A stretch of 64,000 nucleotides of DNA. Source: Eubacteriales bacterium. GTDB taxonomy: Bacteria > Bacillota > Clostridia > Oscillospirales > CAG-272. The notes beneath the pieces were generated by a model, which was not told where the DNA came from, did no database searches, and saw only the letters and a program-made list of their open reading frames with translations. Location: NCBI GenBank assembly GCA_045544195.1, contig JAZPYO010000033.1, positions 21,650-85,649 of the forward strand, read 5' to 3'. Positions 30,831-40,117 of the stretch are shown piece by piece. The translations under genes were made by a program, and so were the position numbers. The stretch's first letter is position 1, and the number at the start of each line of letters is the position of its first letter.

Positions 30831-31876
30831 TGCCGAAGAATAAAACGAAGAAAAAGAAGGAAAAACGAACGCCGGGACTAAGAATAACGCTGTGGTTCAC
30901 GCTCATAGTAATGCTTGAAATACTTGCAACGGTATGGATGGCAGCGCCTTTGTCAGAGTTTCTCGGAGAAAAATCGGACGTTAACTATTCTGTATGGCTG
31001 TGCTTGATAAGCATCTCCGTCGGATTTGTTTTTGCGTATTTCGTTAACGGCGCTATATTGCGCCCTATCAGCCGCTTGAGCGATGCTATGTCAAAGGTGG
31101 CATCGGGTGATTTCGGCATACGGCTTGAAGCTCCGAAAACCATAAAGATCAAGGAGATAAAAAATACATACGAAAGCTTTAATCTGATGTCAGCAGAGCT
31201 GAGTGCGACAGAAATTCTGCAAACGGATTTCGTGTCGAATGTTTCACACGAAATCAAGACCCCTGTTAACGCTATAGAGGGATATGCCGCTTTACTGCAA
31301 AACGAGGATAATACCCAACAGATGCAAAAGGAATATATTGATAAGATACTGTTCAACACGCGCCGTTTATCCGAGCTTGTCGGCAACATTCTCCTTTTGT
31401 CAAAGCTCGAAAACAGCGCAATACAGACAAGCTGCACACACTTTCGCTTAGATGAACAGATCCGCCGTTCAATAATGCTTTTAGAGCCGAAATGGACAGA
31501 AAAGGAAACGGAATTTGATGTGGAGATGGACAGCATTACCGTATATGCAAACGACGGGCTTCTTTTTCACGTATGGAACAATCTTATAGATAATGCGATA
31601 AAATTTTCTCCCTCGGGAGAGCTTATCACAATTCGTCTGACACGTACAGAGCAGTATGCAGTTTTCACTATAGAGGACAACGGAGACGGAATTTCAGAGG
31701 AAGCAAAAAAGCATATTTTCGATAAATTCTATCAAGGCGACAGCTCTCACAAGGATAACGGAAACGGTCTTGGGCTTGCATTGGTGAAGAAAATACTGTC
31801 GGTTGCAAACGGTGAGATAACAGTTGAAAATCTCTCGCCAAAAGGGTGCAGATTTACGGTAAATCTGCCGCTTTGA
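30830..31876 (+). CDS. sensor histidine kinase with minimal extracytoplasmic loop (intramembrane-sensing type)
   Basis: 348 aa. Two TM helices are separated by only about a dozen residues (PLSEFLGEKSDVNYS). HAMP-like linker, H-box SHEIKTP, then N/G boxes (DNAIKF, DNGDGI, GLGLA). The ATG overlaps the RR stop. Confidence 0.9.
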   Translation: MPKNKTKKKKEKRTPGLRITLWFTLIVMLEILATVWMAAPLSEFLGEKSDVNYSVWLCLISISVGFVFAYFVNGAILRPISRLSDAMSKVASGDFGIRLEAPKTIKIKEIKNTYESFNLMSAELSATEILQTDFVSNVSHEIKTPVNAIEGYAALLQNEDNTQQMQKEYIDKILFNTRRLSELVGNILLLSKLENSAIQTSCTHFRLDEQIRRSIMLLEPKWTEKETEFDVEMDSITVYANDGLLFHVWNNLIDNAIKFSPSGELITIRLTRTEQYAVFTIEDNGDGISEEAKKHIFDKFYQGDSSHKDNGNGLGLALVKKILSVANGEITVENLSPKGCRFTVNLPL

Positions 31877-31881
31877 CATTT

Positions 31882-31935
31882 TTCAACAAAAATTGAGCTT
31901 TAATTGAGGTTAGGTTGAGGTTGCGGATATATACT
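31882..31935 (+). promoter_or_regulatory. operator/promoter copy B: three 11-bp-phased TTGAG direct repeats plus -10 TATACT, upstream of lipid kinase-plsY
   Basis: TTCAACAAAAATTGAGCTTTAATTGAGGTTAGGTTGAGGTTGCGGATATATACT. Repeats start at 31893, 31904 and 31915; the -10 is at 31930. The geometry is the same as copy A. Confidence 0.6.
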
Positions 31936-31967
31936 TATTCGATATTTTTAATAAGGTGGGGACTGCC

Positions 31968-32861
31968 GTGAATAAGTACTATATAATCTACAATCCCTTA
32001 GCATGCGGAAATACCGCTTACGAAAAGGCGCTTGCTCTGTGTGACGAGCTTAAAGCAGAGGGCATTGCCGATATGACCAAAATAACGAATTACGAGGCAT
32101 TTCTTTCAGACAAGACCGACTGCAGCATCGTTGTGTGCGGCGGCGACGGCACTTTGCATCGCTTTGCGAACGATATATGTCACATCAACTTTCCGAATGA
32201 TATTTACTACTGCGCATCCGGCACGGGAAACGATTTTTACAGAGAATTTGAAAGCGATGAAAAGCTACTCTGTGTAACGCAGTATCTGTGCGATCTTCCC
32301 GTTTGTCACGTCAACGGCACTGTGCGTCATTTTATAAACGGAGTAGGATACGGCATTGACGGCTACTGCTGTGAGGTCGGAGACAAGCTCCGCGCCCTTT
32401 CAAAGCCCGTAAACTACGGAAAAATAGCGATAAAGGGTCTGCTGTATGCCTTCAGGCCCGTCAGCGCAACCGTCACCGTTGACGGTGAAAAATACGAATT
32501 CAGGAACGTATGGATAGCCCCGACTATGCACGGAAAATACTATGGGGGCGGTATGATACCTACGCCTGAGCAATCACGCACAGATCCTGACAATATGCTT
32601 TCCGTGTGCGTTTTTCATCGCAGAAGCAGGATCAAAACGCTTATGATGTTCCCTTCTATTTTCAAGGGAGAGCACATAAAATACAAAAAGAATGTACAGG
32701 TCCTGAAGGGCAAATGCATCAACGTTAAATTCAACAGATCGTGCTCTATGCAGATAGACGGAGAAACTTATCTGAATATCAACGAGTACGATGCATACGG
32801 AAGCGGCTGTGCTGAATATAAAGCGTCGGTAGTGAATAAAAACATGGTCTTCACAAAATAA
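31968..32861 (+). CDS. diacylglycerol/lipid kinase family protein (DagK/YegS/DgkB-like)
   Basis: GGDGTL motif (VVCGGDGTLHRF) and a C-terminal lipid-kinase fold. Start uncertain: I prefer the GTG at 31968, 7 nt after AAGGTGGGG, over the GTG at 31956 that lies inside that SD. Confidence 0.8.
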   Translation: MNKYYIIYNPLACGNTAYEKALALCDELKAEGIADMTKITNYEAFLSDKTDCSIVVCGGDGTLHRFANDICHINFPNDIYYCASGTGNDFYREFESDEKLLCVTQYLCDLPVCHVNGTVRHFINGVGYGIDGYCCEVGDKLRALSKPVNYGKIAIKGLLYAFRPVSATVTVDGEKYEFRNVWIAPTMHGKYYGGGMIPTPEQSRTDPDNMLSVCVFHRRSRIKTLMMFPSIFKGEHIKYKKNVQVLKGKCINVKFNRSCSMQIDGETYLNINEYDAYGSGCAEYKASVVNKNMVFTK

Positions 32862-32922
32862 TGATATTATGGCAGCCGCGATCGAAGGCGCAAAAAACAC
32901 GAAAGGAGAAATAACAGCTATG

Positions 32923-33543
32923 CAATATGCGCTCTGCATTCTTTCTGGATATATTATAGGATCGTTCAATCCGTCATACATCGTTGGAATGCTCAAGGGA
33001 AAGGATATTCGCTTCTCAGGCTCAGGCAATGCAGGCGCATCAAACGCCCTGCTGCATTTCGGCAAGGGGATAGGCATTTTATGCGCAATATGCGATATCT
33101 TGAAAGCGTGTCTTGTTGTATGGCTGTGCAGATATATTTTCTCTGATATAAGCTCTGCCGGCATAATAGGCGGATGCGCTTGTATTCTCGGTCACATTTT
33201 CCCGTTTTATATGGGCTTTAAAGGCGGAAAGGGACTTGCCTGCTACGGAGGACTCGTTTTAATGTTCGACTGGCGTGTATTTCTTATTTTCCTGTCACTT
33301 GAGCTGATCGTCGTATTCATAACTGACTATATATGCTTTGTTCCGATAACAGCGTGTGTTACATTTCCGATCGTATACGCCGTTATGACACATAACATTG
33401 TCGGAGCTGCGTTTCTTTTTGCCGTAGCGCCCGTTATACTTTACAAGCATCTCATAAACATAAAAAGAATAAAAAACGGAACAGAAGCAAAATTCAGGGA
33501 ATCGCTTTTCAAAAAAGGCTCTAAAGGTCAAAGCACCGAATAA
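32923..33543 (+). CDS. plsY: glycerol-3-phosphate acyltransferase PlsY (acyl-phosphate dependent)
   Basis: YIIGSFNPSY...SGNAGASNA and later GGKG motifs. Start at the ATG at 32923, preceded by AAAGGAGAA. The tracked ORF's 18-aa extension has no SD. Confidence 0.9.
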   Translation, partial: QYALCILSGYIIGSFNPSYIVGMLKGKDIRFSGSGNAGASNALLHFGKGIGILCAICDILKACLVVWLCRYIFSDISSAGIIGGCACILGHIFPFYMGFKGGKGLACYGGLVLMFDWRVFLIFLSLELIVVFITDYICFVPITACVTFPIVYAVMTHNIVGAAFLFAVAPVILYKHLINIKRIKNGTEAKFRESLFKKGSKGQSTE

Positions 33544-33575
33544 AAACGCATTTCATATGCGTTTTTTCTTTTTAT
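33543..33575 (+). terminator. rho-independent terminator after plsY
   Basis: 9-bp stem AAAACGCAT / ATGCGTTTT followed by a T-run. Confidence 0.8.
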
Positions 33576-33601
33576 AAAAGGTATTATTCATAATCTACGG
33601 C

Positions 33602-33630
33602 TTGAAATATTTCATTTCATATGTTATAAT
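33602..33630 (+). promoter_or_regulatory. sigma-A promoter (extended -10) for rimM-trmD array
   Basis: TTGAAA (33602-33607), 17 nt, then TGtTATAAT (-10 at 33625-33630). Confidence 0.65.
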
Positions 33631-33678
33631 GCTTTTAATTACGGTCTTAAGCGACTTCTGAAAGGAGTACCGTTTTCA

Positions 33679-34182
33679 ATGAGAAAGCTATCTGAATATA
33701 TACAGATCGGCAGAATTACAAATACACACGGAATAAAGGGTGAAATGAAGGTCGAATACTGGATGGATTCACCACAGGACTTTTTATCTCTCCGCACAGT
33801 ATATCTTGAGGACGGATGTGCCTTGAATATACTTTCGTCAAGAAATGCCAACAAATTCGCAGTTGTATTATTTGAAGGGATAACCGATCCTGAAAAGGGC
33901 GCACATCTCAAGGGAAGATCACTTTATGCAAAGCGGTCTGATCTGAGGCTTGAGCAAGGCAGCTATTTTCTGTGCGATCTTATCGGTCTGCCCGTTTTTG
34001 ATGTTGACACAGAAGAGCGCGTCGGATGTGTGACGGACATTCTTGAAAAGCCGTCGTCATACGTTTATACCGTCAAAACGGAAAACGGTGAATTTCTCGT
34101 TCCCGCAATTGACGAGTTCATCAAAAGAGTCGATATAGAAAACGGCGTTTACATAAAGGTAATACCGGGGTTATTGGAATGA
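33679..34182 (+). CDS. rimM: 16S rRNA processing protein RimM
   Basis: 167 aa. IGRITNTHGIKGEMKV N-terminus and a PRC-barrel C-terminus. Adjacent to trmD. Confidence 0.9.
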   Translation: MRKLSEYIQIGRITNTHGIKGEMKVEYWMDSPQDFLSLRTVYLEDGCALNILSSRNANKFAVVLFEGITDPEKGAHLKGRSLYAKRSDLRLEQGSYFLCDLIGLPVFDVDTEERVGCVTDILEKPSSYVYTVKTENGEFLVPAIDEFIKRVDIENGVYIKVIPGLLE

Positions 34183-34892
34183 GAATAGATATAATGACGC
34201 TGTTCCCCGAGGCGCTTGATGCGTTTATGTCAGAAAGCATAATCGGCAGGGCAAGGCAGTCGGGAAAGGTGCAGATGCATTTTCATAACATCCGCGATCA
34301 TTCGCAGGATAAGCACCGCCGCGTTGACGATACGCCGTATGGCGGCGGAATGGGTATGCTTATGGCTGCCCCGCCGATATACAACTGCTACAATGCAATA
34401 TGCAGTCAGATGCCGAAGGACATAAATCGGAGAGTCGTTTATATGTCTCCGGGCGGAAAAACACTTGATCACAAAAAGGTAAAGCAATTATCCGAATACG
34501 AAAACCTCATAATACTGTGCGGTCATTACGAGGGCGTTGACGAAAGGATCATACAGACGATAGTTGACGAGGAGATATCAATAGGCGATTACGTGCTTAC
34601 GGGCGGCGAATTGCCTGCATGCGTTCTTGCCGATTGCGTTTGTCGGCTTCTTCCCGGAGTGCTGTCTGACAAGGAATGCTATGAGGATGAAAGCTTTGCA
34701 AGCGGTTTGTTGGAGTATCCGCAATATACAAGGCCTTATGAATTTCTCGGGATGAAGGTTCCCGACGTTCTCATATCGGGAAATCACGCAAAAATAGCTG
34801 AATTCAGATACAATGCATCGTACGAAAAAACATTGAAGGTACGTCCTGATCTGATACAGCAGCTCAACGAAAAGAAAGAAGACGATCAATGA
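34179..34892 (+). CDS. trmD: tRNA (guanine37-N1)-methyltransferase TrmD
   Basis: 237 aa. Blocks MRIDIMTLFPE, DDTPYGGGMGM, CGHYEGVDERI and SIGDYVLTGGELPA. Confidence 0.95.
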   Translation: MRIDIMTLFPEALDAFMSESIIGRARQSGKVQMHFHNIRDHSQDKHRRVDDTPYGGGMGMLMAAPPIYNCYNAICSQMPKDINRRVVYMSPGGKTLDHKKVKQLSEYENLIILCGHYEGVDERIIQTIVDEEISIGDYVLTGGELPACVLADCVCRLLPGVLSDKECYEDESFASGLLEYPQYTRPYEFLGMKVPDVLISGNHAKIAEFRYNASYEKTLKVRPDLIQQLNEKKEDDQ

Positions 34893-36733
34893 ACAACGCA
34901 AGGGTTCAGAAGAAAAAACAGCGAAATGCGGGACCTGGCATCATATTCACTCTTTTGTATTCGCTGTACGCATATCTTTATAAAAAAGCAAAAACCTCTC
35001 TTGCCTCGGGAATAATGTGCACATACGATAAAACCGAGGAACGCTTTTCCGCAGGTGCGATAAAAGCGCTGAAGGACCGTTTTTTGCCGAGTGACAAGAT
35101 ACTTTCCGCAAGACGAAAAATTTCCAAGCATCTGTGCCGCAATATCTTATCAGGCTTTACCACACGAATTATCGGAAGTATCGTTGCCTGCCGATGCCGC
35201 GACATCGGAATATTTATGCTTTCGTTCGGTATATATTCAGTCTTATCGTGCGCTATCAAGCCGTATATATTTTCCGCGCCGTTTGACTACATATCATTGG
35301 CGTTAAGCATTCTTTGCATTTTGCTTTCAGTGCCGATGATATGTCAGAAGGTATCCTTCGGTGATTTTGCAACGCATAACAGACCGCTGAGATTTGTCGT
35401 TTTTGATATGTTCGGCGCAAGAGATTACGAAATATACAGCGCGCGCGCAAAGCAAGCCCCGTCGGGCGTTTCCATAATACTCGGTATGCTTTTGGGGCTT
35501 TGCAGTCTGTTTACAGCAACGCATACGGTCATCGGTATATTCTTATCACTTCTTGCAGCTGTCGCCATTTTACGCATGCCTGAGGTGGGAGTCGTTATAC
35601 TGCTTTTGATATTTCCCTTCGTAAGATCTGAAATACTGTTTTTAGCAGCTTCTTTGTCGCTTGTCTCATACGTATTCAAGGTATTACAGCTCAAGCGCAC
35701 CTTGAAATTCACATACAGCGATTTCTGGGTGCTTTTGCTTGCATTGTGCGTTCTGTTCGGAGGCATCGTATCTCCCGGCGGCTCAACAGGTCTTTCTTAC
35801 GCTTTGTATATGTGCGTGGGCATACTTTGTCTGTTTCTTTCAAAAAATCTTATGCGTAGCTTTGAGTGGATAAAGCGATGCTTTATGACGTGCATTTTAT
35901 CATTGACTTTAACATGCCTTTATTCTGTTGTGTCGATCATAACGGCAGGAGAGCACGGTATAATACGCTCGGTGATCGCATGTGCCGTAACGGGTGTAAG
36001 CTCTGTATTTCAGACTAACGCCCAATTTGCAGTGTATATTGCTGCTATTCTTCCGTTTGTTATGCTGATTTCGACGCTTAACAAAAAAGGTAAAAACGTA
36101 TACTACACAGTTATACTTCTTGCCGTTATTTCGCTTATATTTACATTTTCGGCAGGCGGATATATAACAGCGGGAGCGATCATATGCCTGTTTCTGTTCA
36201 CAAGAAACGAAAGAACATTTGCGCGGGGTATTATCGGTTTTTTCCCCGTTGTTGCCTGCATTACAATATTTGCGCAGTTCAAGGGTACGAGCCTTTTTCA
36301 AACATTTCTCAGCGGCATAGATCTTGCAAGCGCCAATGCCGATGCAATTAAAAATATACTGTCATATCCGCTCGGAGGTACAGGAATAACCGACGCGAGC
36401 GTTACCGATGCGTCATTTTATCTTATATTCGCTGAAGCGCTCGGTATTCCGTGTCTTATTCTTTTCATCTCTGTTGCATTCAGATTTTTCAGAATATGCT
36501 TAACATCGCTTCACGGCGGCTTCACGGGATTTGCAACATCCGACGTTTCGCCGTATATAATCGCGCCGATAATGTCAATAATCTCTATGCTGATATACGG
36601 AGCACTGTCGGGCATCATATTCAGCGGAGATCACCTTATGCTTATGTTTCTCATCATGGGACTCGGCGAGGGGATAGCCGATTTTTCAAAGGAAGACGCC
36701 CTTCTGGCATCGGGCTTCGGTCTTTCGGTGTAA
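34889..36733 (+). CDS. large polytopic membrane protein, O-antigen ligase/polymerase-like (Wzy_C-type) by weak motif resemblance
   Basis: 614 aa with at least 12 hydrophobic segments. The distal segment PLGGTGITDAS...FYLIFAEALGIPCLILF resembles the GxGxG...(H)NxYLxxxxExGxxG region of WaaL/Wzy-like proteins. ATGA overlap with the trmD stop. Confidence 0.4.
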   Translation: MNNARVQKKKQRNAGPGIIFTLLYSLYAYLYKKAKTSLASGIMCTYDKTEERFSAGAIKALKDRFLPSDKILSARRKISKHLCRNILSGFTTRIIGSIVACRCRDIGIFMLSFGIYSVLSCAIKPYIFSAPFDYISLALSILCILLSVPMICQKVSFGDFATHNRPLRFVVFDMFGARDYEIYSARAKQAPSGVSIILGMLLGLCSLFTATHTVIGIFLSLLAAVAILRMPEVGVVILLLIFPFVRSEILFLAASLSLVSYVFKVLQLKRTLKFTYSDFWVLLLALCVLFGGIVSPGGSTGLSYALYMCVGILCLFLSKNLMRSFEWIKRCFMTCILSLTLTCLYSVVSIITAGEHGIIRSVIACAVTGVSSVFQTNAQFAVYIAAILPFVMLISTLNKKGKNVYYTVILLAVISLIFTFSAGGYITAGAIICLFLFTRNERTFARGIIGFFPVVACITIFAQFKGTSLFQTFLSGIDLASANADAIKNILSYPLGGTGITDASVTDASFYLIFAEALGIPCLILFISVAFRFFRICLTSLHGGFTGFATSDVSPYIIAPIMSIISMLIYGALSGIIFSGDHLMLMFLIMGLGEGIADFSKEDALLASGFGLSV

Positions 36734-36744
36734 TGGGGGATACT

Positions 36745-37173
36745 ATGAAAAAATACAGATTTAACTGCTTCGATGCAATTATAATTTTATCAGTGCTTCT
36801 TACTGCATTTGCCGCATCTGCTCTTTCGCTCGCTTATCAAAGCACTACGAAAACAGTTCCGATAGAATATACGCTGGTAATTGAAAATGCGCCCGATTAC
36901 CTTTCCGATACATTTGTTTGCGGAGAGGAGCTGTACGGCGCTCAGGGCGAGCTTATAGGCAGGCTCACAAGAGTTTCGATGTCCGATCTGTCAAACGGGA
37001 ACGGAAGCATCGTTCTGTGTGTTGAGGCGGATGCCGTTGACAAGACAGACCGGCTCACCGTTGGAAAATCGTCAATAGCCGTCGGAAAAAGCATAAAAAT
37101 AAACACACGCACATCAAAAGCCGACGCACTTTGTGTGGAGCTTAAAACCGAAACGCAGGAGGCAGCAGAATGA
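36745..37173 (+). CDS. DUF4330-like small membrane-anchored protein (copy 1)
   Basis: 142 aa. MKKYRFNCFDAIIILSVLL N-terminal anchor plus a beta-rich domain. Start at the ATG at 36745 after GGGGGA. The tracked ORF's long N-terminal extension overlaps the upstream gene in another frame. Confidence 0.55.
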   Translation: MKKYRFNCFDAIIILSVLLTAFAASALSLAYQSTTKTVPIEYTLVIENAPDYLSDTFVCGEELYGAQGELIGRLTRVSMSDLSNGNGSIVLCVEADAVDKTDRLTVGKSSIAVGKSIKINTRTSKADALCVELKTETQEAAE

Positions 37174-37661
37174 AGCAAAGGATCAAATTCAACGTATACG
37201 ACATTCTCATCATACTCTTTATACTTTTATGCATTACAGGGATAATATTCAGAAGCTCTATTGCAGGCGCGGTATCGTCTGCCGTATATGACGATGAGGT
37301 AAGAATACATTTTACCGTTTCACAGGCTGACGACAGCATTATTTCATCTATAAACGCCGGTGACATATTTTATCTTGAAAACGGTGCAAAATTCGGTATG
37401 CTGATGGAGGGATATACATACAGCAATGCCTTAACGCATACGTTTGACAAAAACGGCAAGCTGTCAACAGATCAGTCAAATGCTCTTTACGAAATAAGCG
37501 GAGTCTTCAGCGTAACGGGCAGAGTGACCGAAAACGGTTTTATATGCTCAACGGAAAAGCTCTATATCAATTCCGAGCTTACAGTGCATTCAAAGCTCGC
37601 CTCATTCACTCTGACAGTAACAGAAATTGAGAACATTTCAGCGCCCGACACCGTACAATAA
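37170..37661 (+). CDS. DUF4330-like small membrane-anchored protein (copy 2, paralog of preceding gene)
   Basis: 163 aa. MKQRIKFNVYDILIILFILL anchor and the same architecture as copy 1. 4-nt overlap with copy 1. Confidence 0.55.
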   Translation: MKQRIKFNVYDILIILFILLCITGIIFRSSIAGAVSSAVYDDEVRIHFTVSQADDSIISSINAGDIFYLENGAKFGMLMEGYTYSNALTHTFDKNGKLSTDQSNALYEISGVFSVTGRVTENGFICSTEKLYINSELTVHSKLASFTLTVTEIENISAPDTVQ

Positions 37662-37777
37662 AGTATAAACGGTGCTTTGCGTATGTAAAACACCGATGTA
37701 TACTTCCACAATATGTCGTTTTCTAAATCTAAAGGCTGATTTTTTTCAAAAAAATCAAAGAAAATGCAATTTACCTA

Positions 37778-37806
37778 TTGATTTTTTCGATATTATTTGA
37801 TATAAT
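37778..37806 (+). promoter_or_regulatory. sigma-A promoter for ptsH
   Basis: TTGATT (37778-37783), 17 nt, then TATAAT (37801-37806). SD AGGAGGG sits before the ATG at 37867. Confidence 0.65.
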
Positions 37807-37866
37807 TATACCAAGTTGTTTGATTAATATGGGCATAAACTAATACAGTATTCAGGAGGGTAAGTT

Positions 37867-38130
37867 ATGATTTCCCGTAATATAACAGTTCGTATATGCG
37901 TAGGCTTGCACGCGCGCCCCGCTACATTTTTCATCCAGAAGGCTAACTCTTACAAGTGCTCTATATGGGTAGAAAAGGATGACCGCCGTGTTAACGCAAA
38001 GAGCTTGCTCGGCGTTCTTTCGCTCGGCATCACAAAGGATTCCGTTATAACTCTCATTGCTGACGGCGTAGACGAGATCGAAGCCCTCAACGGTCTTGAG
38101 GAGCTTGTTGAAAGCGGTCTTACGGAATAA
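37867..38130 (+). CDS. ptsH: phosphocarrier protein HPr
   Basis: 87 aa. Active-site GLHARPA (His15) and regulatory-Ser context NAKSLLGV (Ser46). Confidence 0.9.
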   Translation: MISRNITVRICVGLHARPATFFIQKANSYKCSIWVEKDDRRVNAKSLLGVLSLGITKDSVITLIADGVDEIEALNGLEELVESGLTE

Positions 38131-38153
38131 TTACGTTTTAAAATGACTTTTCA

Positions 38154-38233
38154 GGCGAAAACCGTGTTTTTGCCGTATTGCCGTGCCTTTTCGGTACGCT
38201 GTGCGGTTGGTACGGTTTTTCGCCTTTTGTTTT
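38154..38233 (+). terminator. long compound hairpin and T-run after ptsH (probable terminator)
   Basis: Outer arms GGCGAAAACCGT (38154-38165) / ACGGTTTTTCGCC (38212-38224) enclose an inner CGTGCC...GGTACG hairpin. Followed by TTTTGTTTT. Confidence 0.55.
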
Positions 38234-38267
38234 AATAAAAATCTTCCCTACGGAAAGGAAAGATGAA

Positions 38268-40106
38268 ATGATAAAAAACAAACACCTTGACCGTTTAAGG
38301 CAGAAGGCTTCCCTTTTGCCGAAGCGTCCCGGAGTATATCTTATGAAGGATGCCGACGGTCAGATCATATACGTTGGAAAATCCAAGGCTCTTAAAAACA
38401 GAGTCAGCCAATATTTTCAAGCTACGTTTCACGGGGTAAAGACCGACAGAATGGTATCTAATGTGTTTGATTTCGATTATATTCTGTGTGACACGGAGAT
38501 CGAAGCACTCGCCCTTGAAAACAGCAAGATAAAGCAGCTTGAACCAAGGTATAATATAAAGCTCAAGGATGACAAAAGCTATCCTTATATTCTATTGACA
38601 AACGAAGAATATCCGACTCTTGTCATCACACGCAGCAAAGTCAAGGGCAAGGGCGTATATTTCGGCCCGTATTCAAGCGGACAGACTGCACGGCAGATCG
38701 TAAAGACGGTTGGCAGGATATACGGTATTCCGTCATGCAAAAAGAGCTTCCCGAGGGATATAGGAAAAAGCCGTCCGTGTCTTAACAGTCAGATCGGCAG
38801 ATGCTGCGGAGTTTGCACAGGCAGGCTTTCACCGGATGAATACAGATCATTGATAGACGGCGTTCAGTCTGTGCTGAAGGGCGATATATCCGAAGCCAAA
38901 AAAATGCTGAGAGAAAAAATGCTCAGTGCATCGGAAAGCCTTGCATTTGAAGCTGCGGCAAAATACCGTGACAGAATATCAGCCCTTGAAGCATTGTACA
39001 AAAACCAGAAGGTCGTAGCATCAAGCGATGTAAACTGTGATGTTATCGGTATTCACAGATCAGATGCAGTAAGCATTATTGCGTTTTTCTTCATACGCGG
39101 CGGAATAATCTTTGATACGCAAAGCTACAGCATAGGCGCTTACGCGCTTGACGGCGATGAGGAGCTTGAATCGTTCATCTGCGGAATATACGAGCAGCGC
39201 GGGCAGATACCGAAGGAGATACTCATAAGCGATCAGCTTTTTTCTGATAATAATTCCGAGAATATAAAGGAATACCTCTCTTCGTTAAAGGGCGGTAATG
39301 TGAATGTCATTTATCCTATGAGGGGAGAAAAGGCGCAGCTTTGCCGTCTTGTGTGCGATAACGCAAGACAGAAGGCGCTTCAATATGAAAGCGAGGCCTT
39401 GAAGAGCGACAGGGTGCTTGTTTCGCTTGCAAAGGCGCTTGCCCTTGAGATAATTCCCGAAAGGATAGAAGCGTACGATATTTCCAACTACGGCAACGAT
39501 AATATCACCGCAGGCATGATAGTAAGTGAAAATGCAACCCTTAAAAAAAGCGCATACCGCATATTCAATATCAAAAGCACAGATATTCAGGATGATTACG
39601 CATCTATGCAGGAGGTGCTTTCACGCAGGCTTGACAGCTACGAGGCAAAAAGCGGCGGCTTTGAAAAGCTTCCCGACCTTATACTGCTCGACGGCGGAAG
39701 CACTCACACAAGGATCATAAGACGCTTATTTGATGAGCGCGGATATAACGTGCCGATATTCGGTATGGTAAAGGACGATTATCACAAAACGCGCGCTTTG
39801 ACGAACGGATATGAAGAAATATCCCTTTCAAGAACAGATGAGCTTTTCATTTTTCTTTACAAGCTGCAGGAGGAGGTACACCGCTTCACCATCGGCAAAA
39901 TGAAGCAGGCGAAGCGGAAGAGCCTGAAAACATCGTCGCTTACCGCCATAAACGGCATAGGAGAAAAAAAAGCTCTTGCTCTGCTTGAGCATTTTGAAAG
40001 CCTTGAGGCGCTCAAAAACGCAACGCCTGAACAGCTTGAGCAGGTCAAGGGTATAAACCGAAAGATCGCTGAAAGCATTGTCGCATATTTTTCCGAAAAT
40101 AAATGA
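38268..40106 (+). CDS. uvrC: excinuclease ABC subunit C
   Basis: GIY-YIG N-terminus (PGVYLMKDADGQIIYVGKS), UvrBC-interaction region, and a C-terminal (HhH)2 domain. Start at the ATG at 38268 after GGAAAGGAAAG. The tracked 30-aa extension covers the upstream terminator. Confidence 0.95.
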   Translation: MIKNKHLDRLRQKASLLPKRPGVYLMKDADGQIIYVGKSKALKNRVSQYFQATFHGVKTDRMVSNVFDFDYILCDTEIEALALENSKIKQLEPRYNIKLKDDKSYPYILLTNEEYPTLVITRSKVKGKGVYFGPYSSGQTARQIVKTVGRIYGIPSCKKSFPRDIGKSRPCLNSQIGRCCGVCTGRLSPDEYRSLIDGVQSVLKGDISEAKKMLREKMLSASESLAFEAAAKYRDRISALEALYKNQKVVASSDVNCDVIGIHRSDAVSIIAFFFIRGGIIFDTQSYSIGAYALDGDEELESFICGIYEQRGQIPKEILISDQLFSDNNSENIKEYLSSLKGGNVNVIYPMRGEKAQLCRLVCDNARQKALQYESEALKSDRVLVSLAKALALEIIPERIEAYDISNYGNDNITAGMIVSENATLKKSAYRIFNIKSTDIQDDYASMQEVLSRRLDSYEAKSGGFEKLPDLILLDGGSTHTRIIRRLFDERGYNVPIFGMVKDDYHKTRALTNGYEEISLSRTDELFIFLYKLQEEVHRFTIGKMKQAKRKSLKTSSLTAINGIGEKKALALLEHFESLEALKNATPEQLEQVKGINRKIAESIVAYFSENK

Positions 40107-40117
40107 AAGGAGACGCC

